NCBI GenBank assembly: GCA_043228905.1
Contig: JBHGNT010000012.1
Coordinates: 15,624,001-15,688,000, forward strand
Direction of reading: 5' to 3'
DNA length: 64,000 nucleotides
Source: Azolla caroliniana
Taxonomy: Eukaryota; Plantae; Polypodiophyta
Every line of letters starts with the position of its first letter. Within the stretch, counting starts at the first letter, position 1. The position numbers and the translations under genes were made by a program. This document shows, in pieces, positions 37,501 to 48,676 of this stretch. The notes beneath the pieces were generated by a model. The model was given only the letters and a program-made list of their open reading frames with translations. It did no database searches and had not been told where the DNA came from.

Positions 37501-40500
37501 ACGGGGATTCTCGTCCGAACCGAGGTTTATTGTTTCCAGGGTTGATGCTTTCACTCGTTGTGAAATGGCGAGTTCGCGTTCGAAAGCCTCCCGAGCATGA
37601 CGTAGCTCGGCAACTGTGGTTGGATCTGGTTCATCTTGGGGTGGTGACTCCTCCGTGACTTCCTCGTCTTTAGATGGCTCGATGGTTGGTAAGGCATCTA
37701 TTTCGAAGAGAGGGATGATTGTGGGATGATCATCTAGGAATTCATCGACCTCCTCATCGGCCAAACCGTCAAGCATATGGGCCCCTTCCGAGTATAACGG
37801 CGAAGTGTTGAGGGCGACGGGGACTCGTTCTTCAGTGATGATGCGGACTTTTGTCTTGCCTCTTCGGAACGAGATCATGTTGCGTTGCCAATGTTGCTTG
37901 ATATTCGTTGTAAGCAACCATGGTCGACCTAGTAACAATGGGTAGGCGCCTTGTGTCTCCAGTCTTAGCACAACGGGCGAGATCGTGAACATGTGGCCTC
38001 CGAGTGTGAAGTCGAGATGGCGGATTAAACCAATGGGGCAAACGGAGCGGGTGTCGGCCATCCGAAGCCAAAAGGGGCATGGTTCCCATTGATTCAGGCC
38101 GAGGTTGAGACACATTAACTCGCTAATAACATTTACGCCGGATCCGTCGTTGATGATGCATCCGTGCAGGTCTTGTCCCTTAATGATGATTCGCACGGCT
38201 GGGTTCTGAGAATCCATGAGTGGTAGACCGGTTCCTACTTCGGTGAGGTGTACCGGTGGCGTCACGGGCTTAGTATTGGCCTGGAGTGCCGCCAGGGTGT
38301 CCCGAAATCTCGGCATGAGTGGTAGCAGTTTATGTAGGGGCAGCGAGACGCGGGAGTTGGTAAGAACATCCCATAGCTGGTCGTCCTCCGACGACGTGGA
38401 TGGTGCCGAGGTTTGTGGTACTTCACTGGGCCCGTCTCTCATGTCAGTTTGCATGCGTACGACATTATTTTTATTGGCCGTGTCGATCCATTCTTTTGTT
38501 GCCTGACGTACTTCATCCTGGATTTGCCACTGAGTAGTCTGCGCTTTACTCCAGGTAGTGACCGTTTGAATATCAGCCATGATACTGTTCACCGCGGGTG
38601 CCTTGCCACGGTTGGTTGTCGGACATTGCGTGGTGTAGTGGCCTGGATGATTACATTTAAAACATGTCACGTTGGCCGAGCTGCTGGTGTCCGCTCAGTC
38701 TGTGTGTGGAAGCTGTTGTTGATTCTCGGTCTCGTTTGGTGGTGGGTTGTTCTGAGGTGCGTTGGAGTTGCGCTAGTCATTTTGAGGAGCATCCCGTCGG
38801 CGGTTGTCATTAGGTCTTCTATTGTTGCGTGTGTTGCGGTTGCCATTTCGCCGATCAATGCGTGAGTTCCGTCGGTCATACCGGTCATCGCGATCATCAT
38901 CATATCGGGCATAATCGTCGTGACGGTCATCATGTCAGTAATCATCGTCGATCCGGGGATCGCGGTTGGTCGTTATCCTGGTCTCGGTAGATATATCGCT
39001 CGTCCTGCCGAGAGTATGTATTTCGTGGCTCGATTTGGCGGACCGGTGCCGCCGTTGTGCGGTTCAGCATATTATATTCGCACTGCTCGACCGTGTGAGC
39101 TCGAGACTGACAGATCGGACACTGTGGTCGGTGGGGACATTCGAGGGCCAGGTGCCCTGATCCTGAACTCGTCGTGCATTGGAGGGCTTGGCGAAAGCGA
39201 TTGACCTCTTGGGGAAGAGCGTTTTGCAAGGATGTCATCGAGAAGGCCGCGCCGTGCTGGTTCTGATCGAGGGCGAGAACGCGCGCTATGACTTGTTCGA
39301 TAGTATGGTTGGCGAAATTTGTAAGTGCGAGAGTCGTTCGTAGAGGCTCTCGTAAACTAGATAGGAAAGTGTCTGGTATATGTTGTGCCGAGACATCATC
39401 GGCCACTTGTCTGTAGAGATCCTGGAACCGGATCGTGAACTACGCGACCATTTCGTGCGGTTCCTGGTATATAGAGAAGAATTGCCAGAGCAGTTCCTGT
39501 TTAGGCACCTCGCGATGAAAAAGTTCAAGGAACTTTGTGCGCACGATTTGGAAAGTGGTGGCCTCTACTATTTCGAGGCGAGAGTACCATCGTGCGGCCG
39601 GTCCATCGAGGGAGAGTGTGAACTCGGCAATCTTTGAGGCCTCGATTTCGGCCGGCGTGAGGCGGTGCGTGGAGTGGTTAGCCTGCCACGTGGATATGAA
39701 GGCACGGATGTGTGACTCTGCGTCTGGTCCGTCGGTGTATCGTGGGTATGGGTACGGCATGATGTCGTACTCTGGGTCTTCTGGTAGCACCGGAAAAGGG
39801 TTTAGTTCCGGTTGATTGACCTCCGGAGGGCTCGACGGGGGTTTTGGTGGTGAATCAACTCGTGATCGAGTGTCCGGTGGCGAGGATTGCACTAGGGAAG
39901 CCTCTGATTGCTCGGGAAAGGATTCGTTAGTGACCGCCGAGTCGGAAGTTCCTTCGACTGGCTCAGGGCGTCGGGCGGGTGGCCGAGACCTCGTGGTGCG
40001 AGAGGGCGCCGTAACGACGGCTGGTGGTTACCTTCAACGAAGTTCATTGTGCACTCACAGCCGTAACCGGGCGTGCCAAATTGTGTTACCCGTTCCTTTG
40101 GGTGAACACCTTCGATAGATCTGCGGCTATCGGTATTCAAGGGCGTGGTACGTGAAGGCTCGTAACAGAGGTGTCGAGAGAGAGACAGGGCTCAGAGAGA
40201 AAACACTAGCGAGGTCTTGATAGGCGTGGGCAGCGTTGAACTCATAGGTATGGATCAAAGCACAGACTCATGGAGCAAATTGGGCATAAATCAGATATAT
40301 TACTATGACAGAAAAGATTACAGAACATGGCCTATGGTCGGTGACCTTACAAGTTTATCTAGTTACGAGGGACTAAGCTAGTGCTTCCGCCTATATTTTT
40401 CTTCTCCCTCTCTCTGAGGTACTGGTCCTCGTTTAAATAACTTTTCCCCTAATACACAGTCGAGCTGTATGTGGCCCGTGATACTCGAACTCAGCGTTTG

Positions 40501-43500
40501 CTAATTCCCTCATTTTACATTTCTGTCCTCTGGACAACACTGTGTGGGGTATTAGGGCTTCTCGGACTATCACTTCCCCACTCCGCAACAGTCCACTCTA
40601 AAAATCCATTCTTATTTGGGACAAGAGCTCTCTCTTGTTCCTTTCATGATTTGCTAGCACCGTTAGGAATTGGACGGATTTCCCTCCGTTTTGGCTCCAA
40701 ATTCGTGCAAAAGCCACACCACTATCGAGCACCTTCGTCTCCATCCGTGACGTCGTGATAAAGGGTTGCCCGAGGATCACGGAGTGTGAGACCTCGTCTT
40801 GTACGAAGAAATTTTGGTCAATCTCGACATCCCCGATCTTCACCATCACATCCAGACAAGCCGCAAATAGATCTTTCGTTGCTTTAGTGGCCGCCCAGAT
40901 CTTCCACCCATGATTGGTGTTAATAGGCCACTTTCCCTTCCGGTAGAACTCCTTAGACATCAAATTGATCTCCGATCCGTGATCAATCAATGCTAGCACG
41001 GGCTCTTTGATGTTGCTGATTCGGACCGGAGTCTCGGTAGTTGCACGCGCCCAGTGTGGCTTTGTATAGTGGGAATTCGGAATCTCATCCTCCACTTCGG
41101 TGTCGTTCATCAGAACGGTATTTGCATTCACTATCGGTGCATTTTCCTCCATACTCTGTCTTTTTCTCTTCACGAGATCCACAAGAAGATCGTGGAACTC
41201 CTTCGCTATTCCGAGTAATTCCCGAAGCGAAAATTCTACCCGGCTATCGAGGATTCTCTCTTCGAATACCTTTTTCAAGTACGTTTGTTGTTCGATGTCC
41301 GAGGCGAGCTTGAATGTTGGAATCTTCTTTTCTTTTCCCTTCCCTCCGGAGTTCCAGCTTTCCGGTGTCTTTGATGGTCCAGCTGCATCATCTGTGCGCC
41401 GTCGTTTTTCATCCACATACACTTCATGCAATTGACATAGCGCATGTACGCTATTCTTATCTACGGGGCACTCCCATCCCATAGCTTCCCGGATACATTC
41501 CGTGGCGCTTTGGATTTCATCATGATCGGTGTTCTTCGAAATTTCTAACACTTCTGGCCAAAAAGACACCTTTGCTGCAGATGACTCCCCCACATGTATT
41601 CCCGCGGTTTTCGCATAATTGCCTTTCGCCGCGATTTCCTCCTCTAGGACCTTCTTCATGCCACCTTTCCGGAAGTTCGGTCGAAGTGGCTTCCGAGAAT
41701 CTATCGAATGAATCTGATTTCCCTCGTAGTAGATAAGATCCTGTCGTAACGCCTCCTTGTGCTCGTCGCAATCTCTCCGATCATGTTCGGTGCTATTGCA
41801 CCATATGCATCGACGGTCCATGTACTTAGAACTTGTGGGACGGTCTTCCGTCTTCTTCACCATTGTGATTTTCAGATTCTCCATCTCCTTCAGCAATTGC
41901 TCCACCGTGGTTGCGTCGATTCCCTTCTCGGTTGTAGTCTCCCGAGCCCGCGGTTGATGGTCTTCCGATCTGGATCTCGGTTTCGGAATCGGTTCCGAAA
42001 CCCTCTTTTCTTTGTTGGCAAGCCATTGCCCCCTCTTTGTGTATCTCACGACAATATCCTGCACGCTTTCTCATGTTTCGGTGAGGCCACTCTCGGTAGT
42101 CGTGTCCTCTAGAAGCACTCCAAGATCCTTCCGGTCCTAGACATCTACGGCTCATAAGAACATGATAACTTTGTCCGGTGCGAGGATAGCTTGATCTCTC
42201 GCAGACAACCTCCCCAACTGACTTTCGAATGCCGAAAACACATCGAGGACCTTCATCCCCTTGTCCGGCGTTTCCACCCAATCCTCAAATCCTCTCCGCG
42301 CTGCCTTGGAGGAGTCCTTGATAGCAAACGTGGTCTTTAATGCCTCTTCAAACGCTTACCACGTCGGATTTTGTTGTCATAGCCCGTGGATACTTGCTTG
42401 AAGCCCGTCGGTAGCCACCCGGTTGAAGGATGTCACTTGTAGTCCTTCCGAAATCCCACATCGTATCATTTCCGCCTTGTAGTCCCAAAGATAGCGTGAT
42501 ACGTCCTTTCCATTGAATTGCCCGATCAGTTGCACAAGCCGCTCTACTGCCGCTACTATTTCCGACATCACACGTTGTTCTTGAAGCATCCGCTCGAACA
42601 TCATCATCATGTTGTTAGCCTCCGGTTGATTTTCCATCTCCTTGCCACCCGTTTTCACGTCGGGTTCACCACTTGTGTCGTGCCTTTCGGCTCCGGATCG
42701 TTGCATGAGTCAGGCGGAAACCACTGAGGTTTTTCGACTAGGAGAAAAGAAAATTCTAAGGCAATGAAGAATATGAAATATGTTGTAAGAAAGAAAGATA
42801 TGAAAACCTCGTGAATCCCACGAGTATAGTGTATTAGTGAGTACTCAGATTAAGAGAGAAAAATAGTTAGCAAATTCGTGAATCCCATGATTATATTATA
42901 TTAATCCACCCTTGTAAAATAAGCAACAACCCCCCATACATCTTTCTCTCCTCCTTATATAAGGATGGCAGAGGCTAAGCATAGCTTCATGCTTTTTCTA
43001 AAGTGTTCATGCACACTAAATCTGCATGAGTTGCCTTTTTACGCTATGCTTTTATTTCCTAAATATAGTGCTCATGCTCACTAGATGTGCACGAGTCATC
43101 TTTTATTGGTGTACATTTTTCTTATAAATAAAGTATTCACGCATTCTAAAAAATGCATGACTTTCCTTTTAATAAAGGTAGGTGTAAATAAAGGTCTTAT
43201 ATGTATTAAATCTATATTTAGAACACTTAGGATAAGTTAGTACAATGGTAAGGTTGGGGTTTGTTTACATGGAGGTACAAGGTTTGAATCTTGCCCTATG
43301 CACGTAATAAATGTTTTTAATATTTTATTTTATTTATTATACATACTTTAAATCGGATATAGTATTTTACATATTTCACGTAGTGTGTGATTCACACTAC
43401 GACAACGTTCCTCGATTGTTTCCGCTTTCTTGCCAAAATTGGGAGTTATTTTCATAGGTCAGAGCTCGTCCGCCTCGTCCTTGGCCGAATCGGCCTCTTC

Positions 43501-44552
43501 TTGCTCGGTCGTGTCCTCTTCCTCCATCTGAATGTGTGTAGAGCATGTGGCCTTCCGAGGCATTGCTCTTAGTTTGAACATGATTTTCTTCAACCAATAG
43601 CATTGATTGAAGATCAAAGAAAGAGGGAGGATTCTCCCTTGCACCATATCATCATCGTCCACATTGACGCTTATTGAGCCGAGCGAGTCACAAATCTCCT
43701 TGATCTTCAAGGTGTAGGTCGAGATGGACATGTCCCGTTGTTGGATGTTGTTCAACTCTTGGTGGAGTTGAAGCTTTCATGCCATTGTGTTGGCGGCGAA
43801 TATCTTCTTGAGATTCTCCAAAGCTTCCTTTGGCATCTTGGCTTCTCGAATGTAGCCAAGCATGTGGTCATGAACACATGTCGCCAAGCAATACATCACT
43901 CGGCTTGCAGCTTGCTCCCATGTTGAGTATTCAAGAGTCGTTGGGTCGGGTCAATTTTCTTGTGCTCCTTTGATGTAGCTCCAATAACCTTGGCCGACAA
44001 GGTATTGGTGCATCTTGTACTCCCAAGATGCAAAGTTGTTTCTATCCAACTTCTTGCTAGGAAGAGTGCTCCCCATTTGAGTATTCATTCTGTCGATGTA
44101 GATTTCTTTCTTCTTTTCCTTCTCTTTCGAACACGAGCTATGTAGCGGCACTACGATAGTGATGAACTGGATTTCTTTGAATCATCAGTGTAGACACAAT
44201 ATAGGAGAATTGGCTAGATCGAGCTACCAAAGTGCTTTGATACCATGTAAAGAATCGATGGTGATTCTGTGCAGTGAAATAGGTTAGAGAGGTGTGTTAT
44301 GTGTGTGTGAGAGAGAAGGAGAGCAAAGGAGAGAAAGACACAAGATAGATGAAAATAGAATACTCAAGAAGATGCATATTTCAAAGGAGATTTAACCAAC
44401 ACATCGCTGAAGCATTATATCAATTGCACATCAATGAGTGTGTAACTCAGACTGAGGGTACGAAAGATATTGAGCAGATTGAAGAACTCGACTCCCTGAT
44501 GAAGGGAGCTTATGCTAAATATGAATGGCGCAAAGCTATACAATTAATGCGG

Positions 44553-44758
44553 CCGCAATACCAGGCAAACCTGCATCGACCTTATATCTAATAAATGCGG
44601 GTCATATTAGCTCTAGATTTACTATGGTTATCCGAGTAGCAAGGTACTATGATTTAATGAGCCATTCGTAGTTTCACAGTACAAAAAAGTTTATACTTAC
44701 ACATGCATGGCTTAATCTTTGAGACAACCATATGACTACTGGCAGGATGAACCATGTA
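44553..44758 (-). pseudogene. Degenerate 5'-terminal fragment of 18S rRNA inside Copia C LTR
   Basis: Minus strand reads TACATGGTTCATCCTGCCAGTAGTCATATGGTTGTCTCAAAGATTAAGCCATGCATGTGTAAGTATAAAC...GAATGGCTCATTAAATCA...CTACTCGGATAACCATAGTAAATCTAGAGCTAATA...GCATTTATTAGATATAAGG. This matches the universal 18S 5' end, with two short internal deletions. Confidence 0.93.
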
Positions 44759-45626
44759 ACTATCCTCTATTACGCATGCAACCCGAAAGAGGGTCAAGTG
44801 CTCTGAATATGTTACGCACTCGAGTGATCATACACTCTCAAGTGTGTGTTCACACACTAGACTAGGTTGAGCTTGATTCTCAACAGTATTCTTATTCGGT
44901 GGCTTCGTCGACTTCCTAACTATTTACCTACTTATGTCTACTTCGGAGATTTGGTCTTCTTCTCCATAATAGAGAACGATACGGGTCAACAATTTTGTGA
45001 GAAGGGTTAGGCTACCTCACACTCCAATTGTTGAAGTGACACAAGAACACTACACTATTATCCAGGCATCGTGGTCAACGGTAGTAGTCAGAGTCCCAAT
45101 GGCTCGCTTGACTCACCTTCCACGACATAATTTGGTGAACTTGACATGAAAGAGCTACAAGGGAGGATGACAACGAAAGAAGAAGATTTCACAGAAATGG
45201 TGTCAAGGATGATGATGTGTTTCGAAAGAGAAGGAGAAAAACGAGAAGCGGCTCAACATGCAGTCGAAAGCGTGGTCAAAAAAGTTAGTCGTTTCAATGG
45301 GGACAAAGTCCCAAAAATTTTAAAAGCCTACATTGCCAAAAGGATTCCACGAGATGTGAATGAGGCAATGAAGCTCAATTTTTTTTGTCAAGTGGTGGTC
45401 GTGCCAATGCATGAAGAGGTCGAAAACCTTCAAGAAGCTCATGACTCATGGGAATCCTTCGAGGAAGCGCTATTAGAGATGTACGACTACGAAGAGATGA
45501 GGGAAAGAAGTCGATATGAATTTGACCTAAGGGTAGCATCGATAAAGACCCACCAAAGCACCATGCATGCCTTCCTATAGTTCGAGCGTCGTTTTGCTCA
45601 ACTCTTGATGGGGGATCAAATATTGG

Positions 45627-46084
45627 TGTTAAGAGTGTATTATGAAAAAATAGACCAATTAAAGAAAAAGAAAGGTAAATAGATTGGATAGGAGAACCCG
45701 TTCCACCTGACCACCCTTGAGCTATGATCAAGACATAGCCAACCTACCACCAATGTTCCATACCGACAGATATTAGGATGACTAATACCTTGGAAGAGAT
45801 AACACAACCATAGTGATGAAAGCCTAGCCCGCAACACCGGTGTCTTAAGATAGCCGCCTTTGGACGTAATGTGTTTTATGAGGGTGGCGAGGCCTCATAT
45901 TTATACCTTTACCTAGGCCCCTTGAATAAATGTTCCTTTCTCAAATATTTTCCATTCATTGATTTTCAAGATCATGATAGTGCATGCACCTATCATTCCT
46001 TCTATCTAATCACATTAGTGAATATACCCTTCGTTTATGAAAATACTAGTGACCTACCCTCGCTTACATTATGTGTGCATAAAA
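45627..46084. mobile_element. Probable solo LTR within the relic gag
   Basis: Starts TGTTAAG; flanked by ATTGG/ATTGG. Gag homology to ~27700 resumes after 46089. Confidence 0.55.
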
Positions 46085-46419
46085 ATTGGTCGAGGTGAAT
46101 AAGGTCCTAATGTTCATGAAGTCGATCGATAAAAAAGAAAGCCTGATGGTCATCAGAGTCCAACTCGAGGACAATGACGATCAAACAAACTCACAAAAAA
46201 TTGGGCTGCAGTGAGAAGAGTATGCCGATGGACGAGACGAGTCAACCTTCCTAAGGAAGGCTTACAAGAGCTTAAAGGGACAAGTCAAGCCCAAAGTGAA
46301 GCCTACAATGGAGCTGAAACCTTGGGAAGGTGTGGAAGAGGAGGAAGCCACCATCTGAAAAAGTGCAGCCAAATGATGTGGTCGATACGAAGGCCCAAGT
46401 ACATACAACCACAGTATCA

Positions 46420-47110
46420 CAAGAAAAGGTGTGGAACAAGCCACCTTCTTGTTTTGCAGAGAAATGATGGTCAAGGATGAGGTAGATAACCTGAAAGAGG
46501 CGAACACCAACCCAAAAGAGGATGTGTTTTGGAACTCGTGTTGTGTTCAGGACCACAAGCAACGATGATAAAACTAGGGGAGAAGGTGTAGAACAAGTCA
46601 CCTTCTTGTCTTGCGATGAAACGAAGGCCAAGGATGAGGCGGATAACCTGAAAGAGGCGAACACCAATCCAAAAGAGGATGAGTGTTTTGGAACTCGTGT
46701 TGTGTTCAAGACCGCAAGCAACGATGATAAAACTAGGGGAGAAGGTGTGGAACAAGACACCTTCTTGTCTTTCGATGAGACGAAAGCCAAGGATATGGCG
46801 GATAACCTAAAAGAGGCGAACGACAACCCAAAAGAGGATGAGTGTTTTGGAAGTCATGTTGTGTTCAGGACCGCAAGCGACAATGATAAAATGAGGGGAG
46901 AAGGTGTGTAACAAGCCACTTGCTTGTCTTGTGATGAAACGAAGGGCAAGGACGAGGCCGGTAACATGAAAGTGACATACGTCACCCCAAGAGTGGATGA
47001 GTGTTTCAAAACACGCATTGTGTTCGGAACCTCAAGCGACGACGAAGAAACCACGGGTGAAGGTGTGGAACAAGTCACCTTCTCGACATGTGATGAAATG
47101 ACGACCGAGG
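46420..47110 (+). repeat. 159-bp (53-codon) tandem repeat x~4
   Basis: GATGAGGCGGATAACC-like anchors at 46476, 46633, 46792 and 46951. Confidence 0.85.
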
Positions 47111-48052
47111 ATAATGACGATAACACAAGACTGGAAAGGGCCATCTCGAGAGTCAACAAATCTCTTTGTTACTAAGAAGACCATCTTGCAAGAAGCATAT
47201 CTGGGAAGATGTTTTTCATTTACATTCTTGTCTTTTGGAAAGAGCGGCTAAATCAAGTCTCCAATTAGGTGAAGGTAGTATGACGACTCTATCCATTGTT
47301 GCGGAAATGAAAGGGAAGAGAGGGATGAGTGTTTCGGAGCACGCATTGCATTTAAAACACCAAGTGACGAAGAGGCAAGCATAACGAGTGTGAGGCCTTT
47401 ACGGTTAAGTTGACAACCACAGACAACAACGCCAAGACAGAGGTGGCTATGGGCAATACGACAAACGACGAAGAGGCCAAACAAAGCACAACAGTGCATG
47501 ATGAAGACCAAGGGGACCAGGAAAAGATGAAGGTTGTTCCTTGGGATGTGATTAGGACATTCAACTCGGAGGACACAATCACAAAAATCAAACGAACGGT
47601 GGTCAACTCTATCGCAAGGGCATACCAAGAAAGAGGACGAAGAGGGAAACATGCAATGTGGTCACGTAATGGCCTAAATGTGCGTATGTACTAGGGGGAG
47701 GGGCTACAAGAAGTAGTCAATGTCGATGTTCGGATGGGGCCGCACGAAGGCAAGAGCGGATCGTGACGGAAGGAGCAAGGCCGAAGTGCCTTTGACCAAG
47801 GGGACGGTCGGAACGATGGGGTAACATGCACCGTGCACAAAGGGTTATGCTCAGGAAAAGCGAGCGAGGCCACGAGAAACGATCGTGGTAATGCGAAATG
47901 CACAGACAAAGAGAAGTCGGGCTCTGATCAAAGTGTTCGGAAACCCGTGACAATAACCCGATGGCAATCAAAATCAATCACTATAGACAAAAGAGTCGGG
48001 CTCTAATCAGAGTGTTCGGAAACCCGTGACGATCACCCGATGGCAATCAATC

Positions 48053-48247
48053 GCCATAGCCATCATCATAGCCATCCCCATAGCCATAGCCATAGCCATA
48101 GCCATAGCTAGAGACATAGCCATCACCATAGCCATAGCCATCACCATAGCCATAGCCATAGCCATGGCCATAGCCATAGCCATGGCCATAGCCATCACCA
48201 TGGCCATAGCCATAGCCATGGCCATAGCCATCACCATGGCCATAGCA
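48053..48247. repeat. (GCCATA/GCCATG)n hexanucleotide microsatellite
   Basis: About 30 imperfect hexamer units. Confidence 0.95.
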
Positions 48248-48406
48248 GACCAAAATGAGAGACACCCACACACACACAAATATGAAGGAAAGGAAGAGAA
48301 GGAGTGGATGGAATGTATGCCAACAAGTTTTGTTTTGGCCCCAAATCACACACAAACTTTATATCATATCATTAGGAGAGATACATTCCCTCATCAGACC
48401 AAACTG

Positions 48407-48641
48407 AAACCCTAATTCTCTTCTTCTACCCCCCACACAGGTTATCCAGCTACCCACATCTGCTGCACTCAAGACGCCAAGCACCCAATTCCAGATTGAC
48501 AGAGACAGAGGAGGGATTCCAGAGATGGCTACCCCGATTCCATTGATGGTTTTTCCCTGATTCTTCTGGACTTTGCTTCCTTATAAAAGAAATCCCCAAA
48601 ATTCGCACCTCTTTCCTTCATTATTCTTTTGATTAGGGTTT
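48407..48641. promoter_or_regulatory. Telo-box motifs upstream of HCCS
   Basis: AAACCCTAA at 48407-48415 and TTAGGGTTT at 48633-48641. Confidence 0.45.
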
Positions 48642-48676
48642 TTTTCTTTCTTCTCTCCTCTCTTTCCTTCCCTGCG

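Larger units (their letters stand above)
29769..40539 (-). mobile_element. Athila/Tat-like (non-chromovirus) Ty3/Gypsy element with an extra 3' ORF
   Basis: LTRs 29769-30224 and 40084-40539; TSD CTGTG/CTGTG; PBS TGGCACGCCCGGT 40066-40078 (tRNA-Arg-like). Gag 39892-38670 with zinc knuckles; PR and RT 38670-36724 (VFLDDF); RH 36737-35736; INT 35647-34844. Confidence 0.93.
19154..43404 (-). mobile_element. Full-length tRNA-Trp-primed Ty3/Gypsy element hosting two nested elements
   Basis: LTRs 19154-19882 and 42676-43404; TSD ACGT/ACGT; PBS TGGTGAACCCGACGTG 42656-42671; PPT GGAGGGGGCGAG next to 19882. Gag 42706-42064; zinc knuckle and protease (LIDHGSEIN) 42064-40598; RT 29768-28932 plus 22584-21765; RH ~21760-21380; INT 21099-19939. 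Confidence 0.95.
18958..44885 (-). mobile_element. Copia C: 5' LTR 44246-44885 and gag split by a 24-kb nested Gypsy
   Basis: PBS TGGTATCAAAGC 44234-44245; gag 44100-43405 (NFASWEYKMHQYL). It resumes at 19153-18958 with a degenerate zinc knuckle, across TSD ACGT. Confidence 0.85.
44886..47704 (+). mobile_element. Old gag-only Trp-primed Gypsy relic
   Basis: LTR end CCACGACA at 45127; PBS TGGTGAACTTGACATG 45133-45148; gag-like ORF 45146-45580 (RFNGDKV); acidic repeat region; PPT AGGGGGAGGGG ~47693-47703. Confidence 0.75.

Noticed and set aside
44553-44758. Functional 18S rRNA gene / rDNA unit
   Set aside because: Only ~205 bp, with substitutions in invariant positions and internal deletions. 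It is embedded in an LTR and no downstream rDNA follows.
48629-48676. N-terminal hydrophobic extension of HCCS in the ORF track
   Set aside because: It starts at a non-ATG codon in a pyrimidine-rich leader. The first ATG is 48677.
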